Positions 18,568 through 26,055 of a stretch of 28,297 bases of DNA are shown one piece after another. Under the pieces are notes generated by a model that saw only the letters and a list, made by a program, of their open reading frames with translations, had not been told where the DNA came from and did not search any database. The stretch's first letter is position 1. The number at the start of each line of letters is the position of its first letter. This DNA comes from a virus (lineage: Duplodnaviria > Caudoviricetes): positions 1-28,297 of IMG/VR virus record IMGVR_UViG_3300038393_001691; one strand, written 5' to 3'. The position numbers and the translations under genes are program-made.

Positions 18568-20174
18568 TGGCGCGATACGAGTTCGGCCACGGCATCGGCG
18601 ATTTCGTCGTGCGCCCCAGCGACGGGCTGTGGGGCGTTGGCGCAGGCGTCGACGTGACGTTCTACGACGCGTCGACGGGAGGCACGCAGTACACCGACCT
18701 GCGGGACGCGAGCAGCAACCCGATCTCGAACGTCACGACCGACGAACAGGGCGCGCTTCCCACGTTCTTCGGACCCGACGGCATCCTCGGCATGTGGGCC
18801 GACGCCGGCGGATCCTCCCGCGCGTGGATCGAGGCGCACAGCGTCACGAGCGGCGCGTCGACCGCCGGGTCGGTGCGCGACTGGAAGAACGTCCGCGACT
18901 TCGGGGCGGTCGGCGACGGCGTCACCGACGACACGGCCGCCCTGCAGGGCGCGGTCGACGCGGCCGCCCTCACGAATACCATCGTCTATCTGCCGACGGG
19001 TACGTATCTCGTCAGTGCCCCGATCTCTCTGCCGCCGGGTGAGGGAATGAGCATCTTCGGCGCCGGGTGGGATTCGCGGGTGAAACTCAAGGGCGGCAGC
19101 AATTGCTACGTCTTCGCCATGACCGGTGCGGACACCCGCGCAACCATGCGGGATATGACGATCGACGGCAACTGTCTGGAACAGGGAACGACGGGATCGT
19201 CTGGCGGCGTATACGGCGCCGGTGCCGTGGCGTGCCGTTTCGACAACGTGCATTTCATCGCCTGCCGCGACAACGGGCTGTACCTCGGCCCGCAGACCGG
19301 CGGCGCCTTCGGGCACAACAACAGAATCGTCGGCTGCCTGTTCGACCAGTCGATGTCCTCCACCGGACCCGGCCGCGGTATCCACATGGACAGCAACGAC
19401 GAGAATCAGATTCTGACGTGTGACTTCGAGTACCTCGGCGGCGCCGGCACCCGACCGGCAGCCATCTACGACCAGGCCGGAACGCAGTTCATCATCGGCT
19501 GTAATTTCGTGAACGGGGCGCACGACGTCCGCGGCGTGCACGTGCAGGACGCCAAGTCGACGAAGATCGTCGCCTGTAACTTTGATGGCCTGGCCGGCGA
19601 CAACGTGTTTATCGCCGGGCAGCGGTGCGTCGTCGAGGGCAACACGCTGTTCTCGCCGGGTATCGCAGGCACCGCAGGGCAGGCGACCGCCATCTACCTG
19701 GAGTATGCGAGCGCCGAGAACGTGATCGTCAGCAACGTGATTACGTCGGCGCCGGGCGCAGGCGTGTCCCGCGGCGCGATCCGCGAGGCGTCCGACGGCG
19801 GCGGCGGGCACAACACGATCGGCCCGAACCGGATCATCACCGACGGCAGTTGGGGGTATGCCGCGCTCGACCTCAGCGGCGCCGGGTCGCGGGTCGTCGC
19901 CAACACGGGCGGCGGGCCGGCCGGCGACCGACCGTCGATCACCGAGGGCACGAACGCCCGCATGGGCCGCGCCACGCTGGTCGCGGGCACGGTCACGGTC
20001 GCCACGACCGCTGTGGCGGCCACCAGCGAAGTGTTCCTGACCTGCCAGACTCCCGGCGGCACACCGGGATTCCTGCGCGTCTCCGCGCGCACCGCTGGCG
20101 TCTCGTTCACGATCCAGTCGAGCTCAGGCACGGACACGTCGGTCGTCGCCTGGATGATCGTCGAACCCGCGTAG
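18567..20174 (+). CDS. Tail spike / receptor-binding protein with pectin-lyase-like beta-helix
   Basis: NVRDFGAVGDGVTDDTAALQGAVD...VYLPTGTYLVS followed by Asn/Cys-ladder repeats; TGATG coupling. Confidence 0.85.
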   Translation: MARYEFGHGIGDFVVRPSDGLWGVGAGVDVTFYDASTGGTQYTDLRDASSNPISNVTTDEQGALPTFFGPDGILGMWADAGGSSRAWIEAHSVTSGASTAGSVRDWKNVRDFGAVGDGVTDDTAALQGAVDAAALTNTIVYLPTGTYLVSAPISLPPGEGMSIFGAGWDSRVKLKGGSNCYVFAMTGADTRATMRDMTIDGNCLEQGTTGSSGGVYGAGAVACRFDNVHFIACRDNGLYLGPQTGGAFGHNNRIVGCLFDQSMSSTGPGRGIHMDSNDENQILTCDFEYLGGAGTRPAAIYDQAGTQFIIGCNFVNGAHDVRGVHVQDAKSTKIVACNFDGLAGDNVFIAGQRCVVEGNTLFSPGIAGTAGQATAIYLEYASAENVIVSNVITSAPGAGVSRGAIREASDGGGGHNTIGPNRIITDGSWGYAALDLSGAGSRVVANTGGGPAGDRPSITEGTNARMGRATLVAGTVTVATTAVAATSEVFLTCQTPGGTPGFLRVSARTAGVSFTIQSSSGTDTSVVAWMIVEPA

Positions 20175-20218
20175 TCCGCCGGTGACCCTCCCATCACTCC
20201 CGCGAAGGGATTCTGACC

Positions 20219-21181
20219 ATGGCGACCTGCCGCGGCGTCGACGTCTCCATCTACCAGGACGTTCAAGACTGGGCTGCGAGGAAGGGGGAGGGCGTCGTGT
20301 TCGCCTTCGCCAAAGCCTCGGAGGGCCAGCACTCGCGCGACTCACGGTTCACCACGCACATCCGCGGGATCAAGGCGGCCGGGCTCATCGCGGGCGCCTA
20401 CCACTTCGGCTGGCCCAACCAGGACGTGGCCGTCGAGGCGGACAACTACATCAGCGCGGTCAAGCCGTTCGCGGGAAAGGGCTTCTGCCACTGGCTCGAC
20501 CTCGAACGGTATGCGGACGGCCGGAACTACCAGGGCAAGACGGATGCGCAGATCGCCGTGTGGGTGACGACGTGGCTCGCCCGGGTCCGCACCGCCTTCC
20601 CCGGCCAGCGAGTCGGCGTCTACACCAGCGCCGACGACATCGCCAAGGGCCATGTCCCGCTCGGCGTGCCGCTCTGGTATCCGGCGTACCCGTGGGGGCC
20701 GGCCACGTACAGCCGGGCGGAGGCCGCAGCCCAGCCGACGGTGTCCGGGCGTTCCCCGCTGATCTGGCAGTTCACGTCCCAGCCCATCGACCGATCCATC
20801 GCCTACCTGTCCGCCGCAGGCCTCCGCGCCTGGGCTGAGGGCATCACCACCCCGGAGGACGACATGCCGCTGACCACCGACGACCTGGCGAAGGTCCGAA
20901 AGACCGTCTGGGAGAGCGACACGATCGCCGCCCCCAAGGACGCCCCGGACATCTCGACGAACCCCACCTGGCAGGCCCAGTCGTACCTGAAGGACACCAA
21001 CGCGCGCGTGCGCGCCCTGCAGGCGAGCGTCACGACGCTGACCGCGGCGAACAGCAAGCTCGTCGACACCGTCGCGAAGCTCGCCGCGGAGCAGGCCGAC
21101 CTCGACCCGGCCGCGATCGTCGCCGAACTGAAGCAGGCGATCGAGTCCGTCACCATCCACCTCGACGTCCCGGAGGCCTGA
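20219..21181 (+). CDS. Endolysin, GH25 muramidase with C-terminal helical domain
   Basis: GVDVSIYQ, FAFAKASEG, GAYHF, WLDLE, LWYPAY, IWQFTS. Confidence 0.93.
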   Translation: MATCRGVDVSIYQDVQDWAARKGEGVVFAFAKASEGQHSRDSRFTTHIRGIKAAGLIAGAYHFGWPNQDVAVEADNYISAVKPFAGKGFCHWLDLERYADGRNYQGKTDAQIAVWVTTWLARVRTAFPGQRVGVYTSADDIAKGHVPLGVPLWYPAYPWGPATYSRAEAAAQPTVSGRSPLIWQFTSQPIDRSIAYLSAAGLRAWAEGITTPEDDMPLTTDDLAKVRKTVWESDTIAAPKDAPDISTNPTWQAQSYLKDTNARVRALQASVTTLTAANSKLVDTVAKLAAEQADLDPAAIVAELKQAIESVTIHLDVPEA

Positions 21182-21184
21182 CCC

Positions 21185-21406
21185 ATGGCCGCACCTGTCG
21201 AGCAGAAGGTGAAGGCGGCGACGACTGCCACCTTCCTCGTCTCCCTGCTCATCGCCGTCCTCAACGGTGTCGTCGCCGACGACAGCCTCCTCGGACCGCT
21301 GCCCGTGTGGCTGCAGCCCGTCATCATCGCCGTCGCCCCGACCGCAGTGACGTTCCTCAGCGCATGGTCGGCCAACCACACACCGCGCGGCCCCTCCGCA
21401 TCCTGA
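21185..21406 (+). CDS. Holin
   Basis: 73 aa, two hydrophobic segments, APVEQKVKAAT...HTPR; directly after the endolysin. Confidence 0.82.
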   Translation: MAAPVEQKVKAATTATFLVSLLIAVLNGVVADDSLLGPLPVWLQPVIIAVAPTAVTFLSAWSANHTPRGPSAS

Positions 21407-21418
21407 TCGGAGCCGCAC

Positions 21419-21715
21419 GTGCCAGACGAGCCGACTCTCGGGGAGCTCGCCCGTCGCCTCGATGAGCGAACCGGCGACATCCGGGACGACATCAGGACGC
21501 TGTCCGCGGAGCTGGCCAAGAAAGTCGACCAGAAGCTGTACGACATCCGCCACGACGCCCTCGCGCAACGAGTGGCCACGCTGGAGACGTTGCGGGACAA
21601 GGACACGGAGAAACTGGTCGCTACGCGCAGGTGGTTGATCGGCGCCGTCATTGTGCCGCTGGTCGGGATCCTGCTGCCGGTCATCATTCTTCTGACGCGG
21701 GGGGGCGGCTCGTGA
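21419..21715 (+). CDS. Lysis-cassette membrane protein (coiled coil plus C-terminal TM)
   Basis: EPTLGELARRLD...RRWLIGAVIVPLVGILLPVIILL; RBS GGAG. Confidence 0.8.
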   Translation: MPDEPTLGELARRLDERTGDIRDDIRTLSAELAKKVDQKLYDIRHDALAQRVATLETLRDKDTEKLVATRRWLIGAVIVPLVGILLPVIILLTRGGGS

Positions 21716-22344
21716 CACGGTCTGAACTCCGCGCTGAGGAGCGGCGGTGGCGGCGTGGCGACCTACTCGCTGTCGTCGCCGCCGTTGTACTGGGGGCCGC
21801 GGTCGCATGGATCGTCCTCAGCATCCAGGGCATGGCGCACGACCTGAAGGACAAGGACGCCGACATCGCAGCGCTCTCCCAGCAGGTGCGCAACCTCGGC
21901 GGAAAGCCCGTCGCCGGACCGCGCGGCGAGCCAGGCAAATCGGTGGTCGGACCTAAGGGTGACCAGGGCGAGCCCGGCCCGAGCGGACCGCCCGGACCGT
22001 CAGGTTCCCCTGGGAAAGCCGGGAAGAACGGCACCGACGGCAAGGCAGGGAGCGCCGGGCAGGCGGGCACTGCGGGATCTCCCGGGGCCGCTGGACCCAC
22101 CGGGCCGGCGGGACCACAGGGTCCGCAGGGCGAGCAGGGGCCAGCCGGACCGCAGGGTCCCGCGGGCGAGGACGGCACGGACGGCCAGTCGTGCCCCGAC
22201 GGGTACAGCTGGCAGACCCCGTCCTACGACCCCTACGCCAAGGTGTGCCGCCAGGACGGCGCCCCCGACCCCGAACCCAGCAACAACGGCAACGGCGGCC
22301 TGCTGTCCGCGGGCCTCGACCCGTCCCGCCGCCAGTACGCATAG
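21712..22344 (+). CDS. Membrane-anchored collagen-like protein
   Basis: GTGA overlap; N-terminal TM, short coiled coil, 27 consecutive Gly-X-Y triplets, C-terminal CPDGY...VC. Confidence 0.85.
   Translation: MTRSELRAEERRWRRGDLLAVVAAVVLGAAVAWIVLSIQGMAHDLKDKDADIAALSQQVRNLGGKPVAGPRGEPGKSVVGPKGDQGEPGPSGPPGPSGSPGKAGKNGTDGKAGSAGQAGTAGSPGAAGPTGPAGPQGPQGEQGPAGPQGPAGEDGTDGQSCPDGYSWQTPSYDPYAKVCRQDGAPDPEPSNNGNGGLLSAGLDPSRRQYA
21949..22191 (+). repeat. Gly-X-Y collagen repeat (27 triplets)
   Basis: Uninterrupted GPK GDQ GEP ... GTD GQS. Confidence 0.9.
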
Positions 22345-22352
22345 GAGCAGCC

Positions 22353-22574
22353 ATGGGTGTGGTGTGGAACGGCCTGCTGGCCGCGGCAGGTGGCGCGGTC
22401 GTGGTGGGGACCGGCGTGGAGGTGTACGCACTCCGCACGAAGAAGCCTGCGGACACCCTGTCGGAGCACATCAGGCCGTGGGCGCGACGGCACCGCGGGC
22501 TGTTCCTTGCCGCATGCGGGACGCTGGTCATCCTGGGTGTCTGGCTCCCCGGTCATATTCTCGGAGACTCATGA
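22353..22574 (+). CDS. Small membrane protein (73 aa, two hydrophobic segments)
   Basis: ATG 22353 after AGGAG; MGVVWNGLLAAAGG...DTLSEHIRPW...LGVWLPGHIL. Confidence 0.75.
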   Translation: MGVVWNGLLAAAGGAVVVGTGVEVYALRTKKPADTLSEHIRPWARRHRGLFLAACGTLVILGVWLPGHILGDS

Positions 22575-22690
22575 TGTCCAGGCCCGTGCCGGCCGTCCAA
22601 CCCGACGACGAAGACACCCCGTTCTGGCTGTCCCCGTGGCCGTTCCTCGAACCGCCGCCCCTGCCACCGGTCGACGACGAAACCGACTGA
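22571..22690 (+). CDS. Small acidic, Pro-rich peptide (39 aa)
   Basis: ATGA overlap, RBS GGAG; MMSRPVPAVQPDDEDTPFWLSPWPFLEPPPLPPVDDETD. Confidence 0.55.
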   Translation: MMSRPVPAVQPDDEDTPFWLSPWPFLEPPPLPPVDDETD

Positions 22691-22726
22691 CCGCCCGCCT
22701 GCCGACTCTTCGGAGGGAGGTGAGAC

Positions 22727-22813
22727 ATGAGCCTCTCCGAGATCGGCTTCGCCCTCATCGTCGGCATCTTCGTCATGGTGCTGCTGCAAGTCCTGGACGT
22801 CCTGCCGCGCTGA
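22727..22813 (+). CDS. 28-aa single-TM hydrophobic peptide (below the ORF-track cutoff)
   Basis: RBS GGAGGGAGGTGA; MSLSEIGFALIVGIFVMVLLQVLDVLPR; nearly all codons end in G/C; terminator follows. Confidence 0.7.
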   Translation: MSLSEIGFALIVGIFVMVLLQVLDVLPR

Positions 22814-22814
22814 G

Positions 22815-22873
22815 CACGACGACGCCCCCGCTACCTCTGCCAACCGGCAGGGGAGCGGGGGCGCTTCGTCGTG
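22815..22873 (+). terminator. Long stem-loop ending the late operon
   Basis: CACGACGA-CGCCCCCGCT-a-CCTCTGCC-aacc-GGCAGGGG-AGCGGGGGCG-ct-TCGTCGTG. Confidence 0.8.
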
Positions 22874-22942
22874 TCTCCACCGGATGTTGCGGCAGAGGGA
22901 GAATCGCATCCCTCGCGAGAGCGGATCCTGTACTGTCCGGCC

Positions 22943-23311
22943 GTGACTCAGCAACTGTCGTTCGCCACGTGGCTCGCCGAGGGGCTGTCTCGAGGCGGAT
23001 ATGACCTCGACCGGCACGGCGAAAGGTCGCGCTTTGCCCGCGACGCTGGCCTCAGCGAAAGCACCGTCTCCCGCCTGATACGCGGGACTGCGGGCCCTGA
23101 CGTCAGAGCCTGCCCTCCCATTGCCCGCGCACTCGGCTGCAAGACCATCCACGTGCTTGTCGCCGCTGGGCTCATCCCGGCCGACGAGGCCGACACAACG
23201 CCGCGCCCTCTCACCCAGCACGAGCACCTCGTCGGCCTCGTAGGAGACGACACTGCCGCACAGGACGCTGTCATCGTCCTCCTCCGAGCTCTGGGAAAGT
23301 GGACACCCTGA
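22943..23311 (+). CDS. XRE-family HTH transcriptional regulator
   Basis: FATWL...SRFARDAGLSESTVSRLIRG...P...IARALG...VLVAAGLI; GTG 6 nt after -10-like TACTGT. Confidence 0.85.
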   Translation: MTQQLSFATWLAEGLSRGGYDLDRHGERSRFARDAGLSESTVSRLIRGTAGPDVRACPPIARALGCKTIHVLVAAGLIPADEADTTPRPLTQHEHLVGLVGDDTAAQDAVIVLLRALGKWTP

Positions 23312-23328
23312 TACGGCGATGACGAGAG

Positions 23329-23377
23329 ACGAAGACGCCCCGCCCCCTGCTTCGGCAGGCGGGCGGGGCGTCTTCGT
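23329..23377 (+). terminator. Intrinsic terminator with cUUCGg tetraloop
   Basis: ACGAAGACGCCCCGCCC-CCTGC-TTCG-GCAGG-c-GGGCGGGGCGTCTTCGT. Confidence 0.85.
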
Positions 23378-23402
23378 TCCCGAGGAGTGTCGCCGTGCGT
23401 GA

Positions 23403-23541
23403 CTGTCCAACTATCGATCGATTGCTGGCTAGTTGGACAGCAGACCCCCCAAACGGACATAACCACCCTCGATGTTGTCCAAAAAGAGTGTTCAGAAAGT
23501 CTCAATGTCCATGTACTAGCTATGCCCCTTTGTTGGACAAT
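23403..23541. promoter_or_regulatory. Putative res recombination site and promoter of the serine recombinase
   Basis: AT-rich; inverted repeat CTGTCCAACTA-N16-TAGTTGGACAG (23403-23440); further TGTCCA-like half sites at 23454, 23476, 23489, 23506 and 23534. Confidence 0.7.
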
Positions 23542-23547
23542 GGGGTC

Positions 23548-24204
23548 ATGGAACCCGACTCCACAGACCTGCTCGCCCCCGTCGGAGGCGGAGGCGCCCT
23601 CATCGGGTACGCCCGCGTCAGCACCAAGGGCCAGAACCTCGACAGGCAGATCGCCGCCCTCCACACGGCCGGCTGCCAACGGATCTTCTCCGACAAAAAG
23701 TCCGGCAAGAACGCCGAACGCGAGGAACTCCAGAAGGCCCTCGACTACCTCCGGCCGAACGACACTCTCGTCGTCCCGTCCCTCGACCGCCTCGGACGAT
23801 CCATCCAAGACCTCATCAACATCGTCGGCAGCCTCCGGAAGGAAGGCATCGGCTTCCGCTCCCTGCATGAAGCGCTCGACACCACGACCCCCGGCGGACG
23901 GCTCGTCTTCCACGTCTTCGCCGCTCTCGCCGAGTTCATCCGCGAACTCATCGTCCAGGGCACCCACGAGGGCATCGCCGCCGCACGCGCCCGCGGGCAA
24001 CGCCTCGGCCGGCCGCCAGCCATGACCGAGGAGCAGATCATCCACGCGCGATCCATGCTCGCCAACCCCGAGGCGTCCATCAGCTCCATCGCCAAGCTGC
24101 TCGGCGTCAGCCGCACCACCATGTACAAGTACGTGCCCGAGCTGCGAGCCGGACACCGGCCCGGCGTGAACATGCAGGGACGAGTCGAGGTGGGGCCGAC
24201 GTGA
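23548..24204 (+). CDS. Small serine recombinase (resolvase/invertase family)
   Basis: IGYARVSTKGQNLDRQ, REELQKALDYLRPNDTLVVPSLDRLGRS, AEFIRELI, GRPP, C-terminal HTH IAKLLGVSRTTMYKY; 218 aa from ATG 23548. Confidence 0.95.
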   Translation: MEPDSTDLLAPVGGGGALIGYARVSTKGQNLDRQIAALHTAGCQRIFSDKKSGKNAEREELQKALDYLRPNDTLVVPSLDRLGRSIQDLINIVGSLRKEGIGFRSLHEALDTTTPGGRLVFHVFAALAEFIRELIVQGTHEGIAAARARGQRLGRPPAMTEEQIIHARSMLANPEASISSIAKLLGVSRTTMYKYVPELRAGHRPGVNMQGRVEVGPT

Positions 24205-24842
24205 CGACTGGTGATCGCGTCTGCGGCAGGCAGACGAAGAGAGGGACAGCCTGTAAGCGTGCAGTGCATTGGTGGTTCGAGGGGCTCAAGTCCCATCATG
24301 CAGATGGCTGCTGGAGGCACATGAATCCCGCCTTCCGCGACGCTTGCGAGGCCCGAAAGCAGGCCGACGAGGAGGCGCAGCTGGCGGTCCTGTACGCCGA
24401 CCCGGTCTGCTGGGGATGGCCTGTCCCGGATGACCCGGCCGCCTGGATGGCCTCTCAGGCAAAGACGTTCGACGAGCGGCTCATGGAGCAAGCCCTGGGC
24501 GCCATCCTGAACTCACCTGATAGCAAGGCGAGCAGCCTGCTAGCTCACTGGCAGGACGGGCGCTGCGCCATCTGCGGGCATCGCCGTAGCCTCGTCGAGG
24601 ACCACGACCACGCCACGTGTATGACCCGCGGATGGCTCTGCCAAGGCTGCAATGTGCAGGAGGGGGTCTACCGCGACCCGGACACCCTGTTCGGCAAGTA
24701 CAGGGAGCGGCACCCGACGAAGATGCTCGGCCTGAGCATCCGCTACTGGGACCCGATCGCCAAGGACTACGCGATGCCGAAGCAGGAGCAGACCGAAGCC
24801 GACAAGTGGACCGACGCACCCAGCGAGGACATCGGGCTGTGA
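24201..24842 (+). CDS. Endonuclease VII (His-Me finger) domain protein
   Basis: QDGRCAICG...LVEDHDHATCMTRGWLCQGCN; N-terminal CGRQTKRGTAC...CWRH zinc-like motif; GTGA overlap with the resolvase. Confidence 0.82.
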   Translation: MTTGDRVCGRQTKRGTACKRAVHWWFEGLKSHHADGCWRHMNPAFRDACEARKQADEEAQLAVLYADPVCWGWPVPDDPAAWMASQAKTFDERLMEQALGAILNSPDSKASSLLAHWQDGRCAICGHRRSLVEDHDHATCMTRGWLCQGCNVQEGVYRDPDTLFGKYRERHPTKMLGLSIRYWDPIAKDYAMPKQEQTEADKWTDAPSEDIGL

Positions 24843-24894
24843 CCATGGCCCTGGAACACTGGCTGCGCCCCTACTCGACATCAGGAGTTGAGGA

Positions 24895-25227
24895 ATGTCC
24901 GACAGCAGTGACGAGCGTTTTCGCAACGAGATCCTGTCGATCGTGCCAGCGAACCCAGGCTGGCAGGTCCACGTGCAGTACGTCTCGACGGATGCCGAGA
25001 CGAGGCGTCAGGAGGTCGACGAAGAGTCAGTGAGCCCGGTTGCTGCGTGGGCACTGGTTAAGCTGACTGACGTCACCGGATCTTCCTCCACCCGGCTGGA
25101 GCCCGTCTTCCTCTCGGCTGGCGATTTGATCAACGCAACGGAGTACAAGCGCATGCACTCGATCTACGATCTGCCCGGGCAAGATGACGTGGCGATCCAC
25201 ATCAAGGTCTTGGATCCGAGCAGTTGA
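24895..25227 (+). CDS. Hypothetical protein (110 aa)
   Basis: RBS AGGAG/GAGG; SIVPANPGW...PVAAWALV...EPVF; more A/T-ending codons than the structural genes; hairpin follows. Confidence 0.72.
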   Translation: MSDSSDERFRNEILSIVPANPGWQVHVQYVSTDAETRRQEVDEESVSPVAAWALVKLTDVTGSSSTRLEPVFLSAGDLINATEYKRMHSIYDLPGQDDVAIHIKVLDPSS

Positions 25228-25252
25228 TCTGACCCCTCGAAACGTTCGCCGT

Positions 25253-25286
25253 GTGCCCGCCTCGCATCCCCCGTCGAGGCGGGCAC
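25253..25286 (+). terminator. Stem-loop after the resolvase cassette
   Basis: GTGCCCGCCTCG-N10-CGAGGCGGGCAC. Confidence 0.7.
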
Positions 25287-25392
25287 TGTCGTGTGCACCA
25301 ACTTCCCGTGGCCGATCTCTTTCGCTCTGGCTGGTTCGTGATGCATGGTGTTCCGCACGGGACGCCCCCAACCCCCAGGTGGGCACCCCTCT

Positions 25393-25425
25393 CGGGCCCT
25401 GCCGTCCTGGGGGCGGCAGGGCCCG
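25393..25425. terminator. Stem-loop upstream of the LexA-like gene promoter
   Basis: CGGGCCCTGCCG-tcctggggg-CGGCAGGGCCCG. Confidence 0.6.
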
Positions 25426-25472
25426 CCGCTCCTCCCGGCTCCCCACGGGAGGCCATGCGGCTGCCTGCCGAC

Positions 25473-25502
25473 TTGCCGCAGAATTCGAACACATGCTCTA
25501 GT
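25473..25502 (+). promoter_or_regulatory. Promoter overlapped by an SOS (LexA) box
   Basis: TCGAAC-ACAT-GCTCTA (25485-25500) vs the actinobacterial consensus TCGAAC-N4-GTTCGA; -35 TTGCCG at 25473 and -10-like TCTAGT at 25497. Confidence 0.65.
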
Positions 25503-25508
25503 CGAGTC

Positions 25509-25727
25509 ATGCACCGCGTTGACCACCTCACCGACACCCAGGAGCGCATCCTCCGCTGCATCCGCGAGCACATCGCCGACCGCGGGGAGGCGCCGAGCAT
25601 CCGGGAGATCGGCGCCGCGGTCGGCATGAGCAGCCGCGCCTCCGTCCACTACCAGCTCGGCGAGCTGGAGACGAAGGGCGCCATCGTGCGCGAGCCCGGC
25701 CGCTACCGGGGGATCCGGCTCGCATGA
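25509..25727 (+). CDS. LexA N-terminal DNA-binding-domain-only protein (72 aa)
   Basis: LTDTQERILRCIREHIADRGEAPSIREIGAAVGMSSRASVHYQLGELETKGAIVREPG; no peptidase domain. Confidence 0.88.
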   Translation: MHRVDHLTDTQERILRCIREHIADRGEAPSIREIGAAVGMSSRASVHYQLGELETKGAIVREPGRYRGIRLA

Positions 25728-25948
25728 CCAGCCCCGGCCGCTACCACCTGCTGCTCACCACGCACGGCCGGCCCGTACAGCACGGCTGGTGGGGCAGCGA
25801 AGACGTCGCCCGCCGGAAGTTCACGCGCTGGGTCGGCGAGTACGGCAGCATGCCCGGCGCCCGGGTCACCCTCACCGAGGAGGAGACCGGGGAGCGGCTG
25901 GCGGCCTGGCCGGACGACAGCCCCGGCGTTGTCAGTGGCGGCAGTTAG
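25724..25948 (+). CDS. Hypothetical protein (74 aa)
   Basis: ATGA coupling to the LexA-like gene; RYHLLLT...HGWW...ARRKFTRWVGE. Confidence 0.75.
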   Translation: MTSPGRYHLLLTTHGRPVQHGWWGSEDVARRKFTRWVGEYGSMPGARVTLTEEETGERLAAWPDDSPGVVSGGS

Positions 25949-25951
25949 CCT
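25929..25951 (+). promoter_or_regulatory. RecA-NDp / PafBC-type DNA-damage promoter
   Basis: TTGTCAGTG-GCGGCAGT-TAGCCT matches tTGTCRgtg-N8-TAnnnT. Confidence 0.7.
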
Positions 25952-26055
25952 GAGGTATCCGTTGCAGGCATCTAGCCAAGCGCGGGGTCGCTGTGAGTTG
26001 CTGGCGCCTCGCCCGAGCGTGGAACCCCGGGCGAGGACGCAACTCTGGAGGATCC

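Noticed and set aside
3041-21808. Long minus-strand ORFs (3041-4552, 5804-7786, 11877-13316, 18525-19811, 20342-21808)
   Set aside because: Antisense shadows of clear + strand phage genes; expected in high-GC DNA and without recognisable motifs.
23548-24204. Serine recombinase as the prophage integrase
   Set aside because: Only 218 aa with a C-terminal HTH; it lacks the recombinase and zinc-ribbon domains of large serine integrases.
17629-24204. Invertase-driven tail-fibre switching (Gin/Cin-like)
   Set aside because: No inverted alternative fibre segment or second crossover site was seen in the tail genes; by-eye search only.
25237-25248. TCGAAACGTTCG SOS-like sequence
   Set aside because: Half-site spacing is wrong and it lies just after a stop codon, before a terminator.
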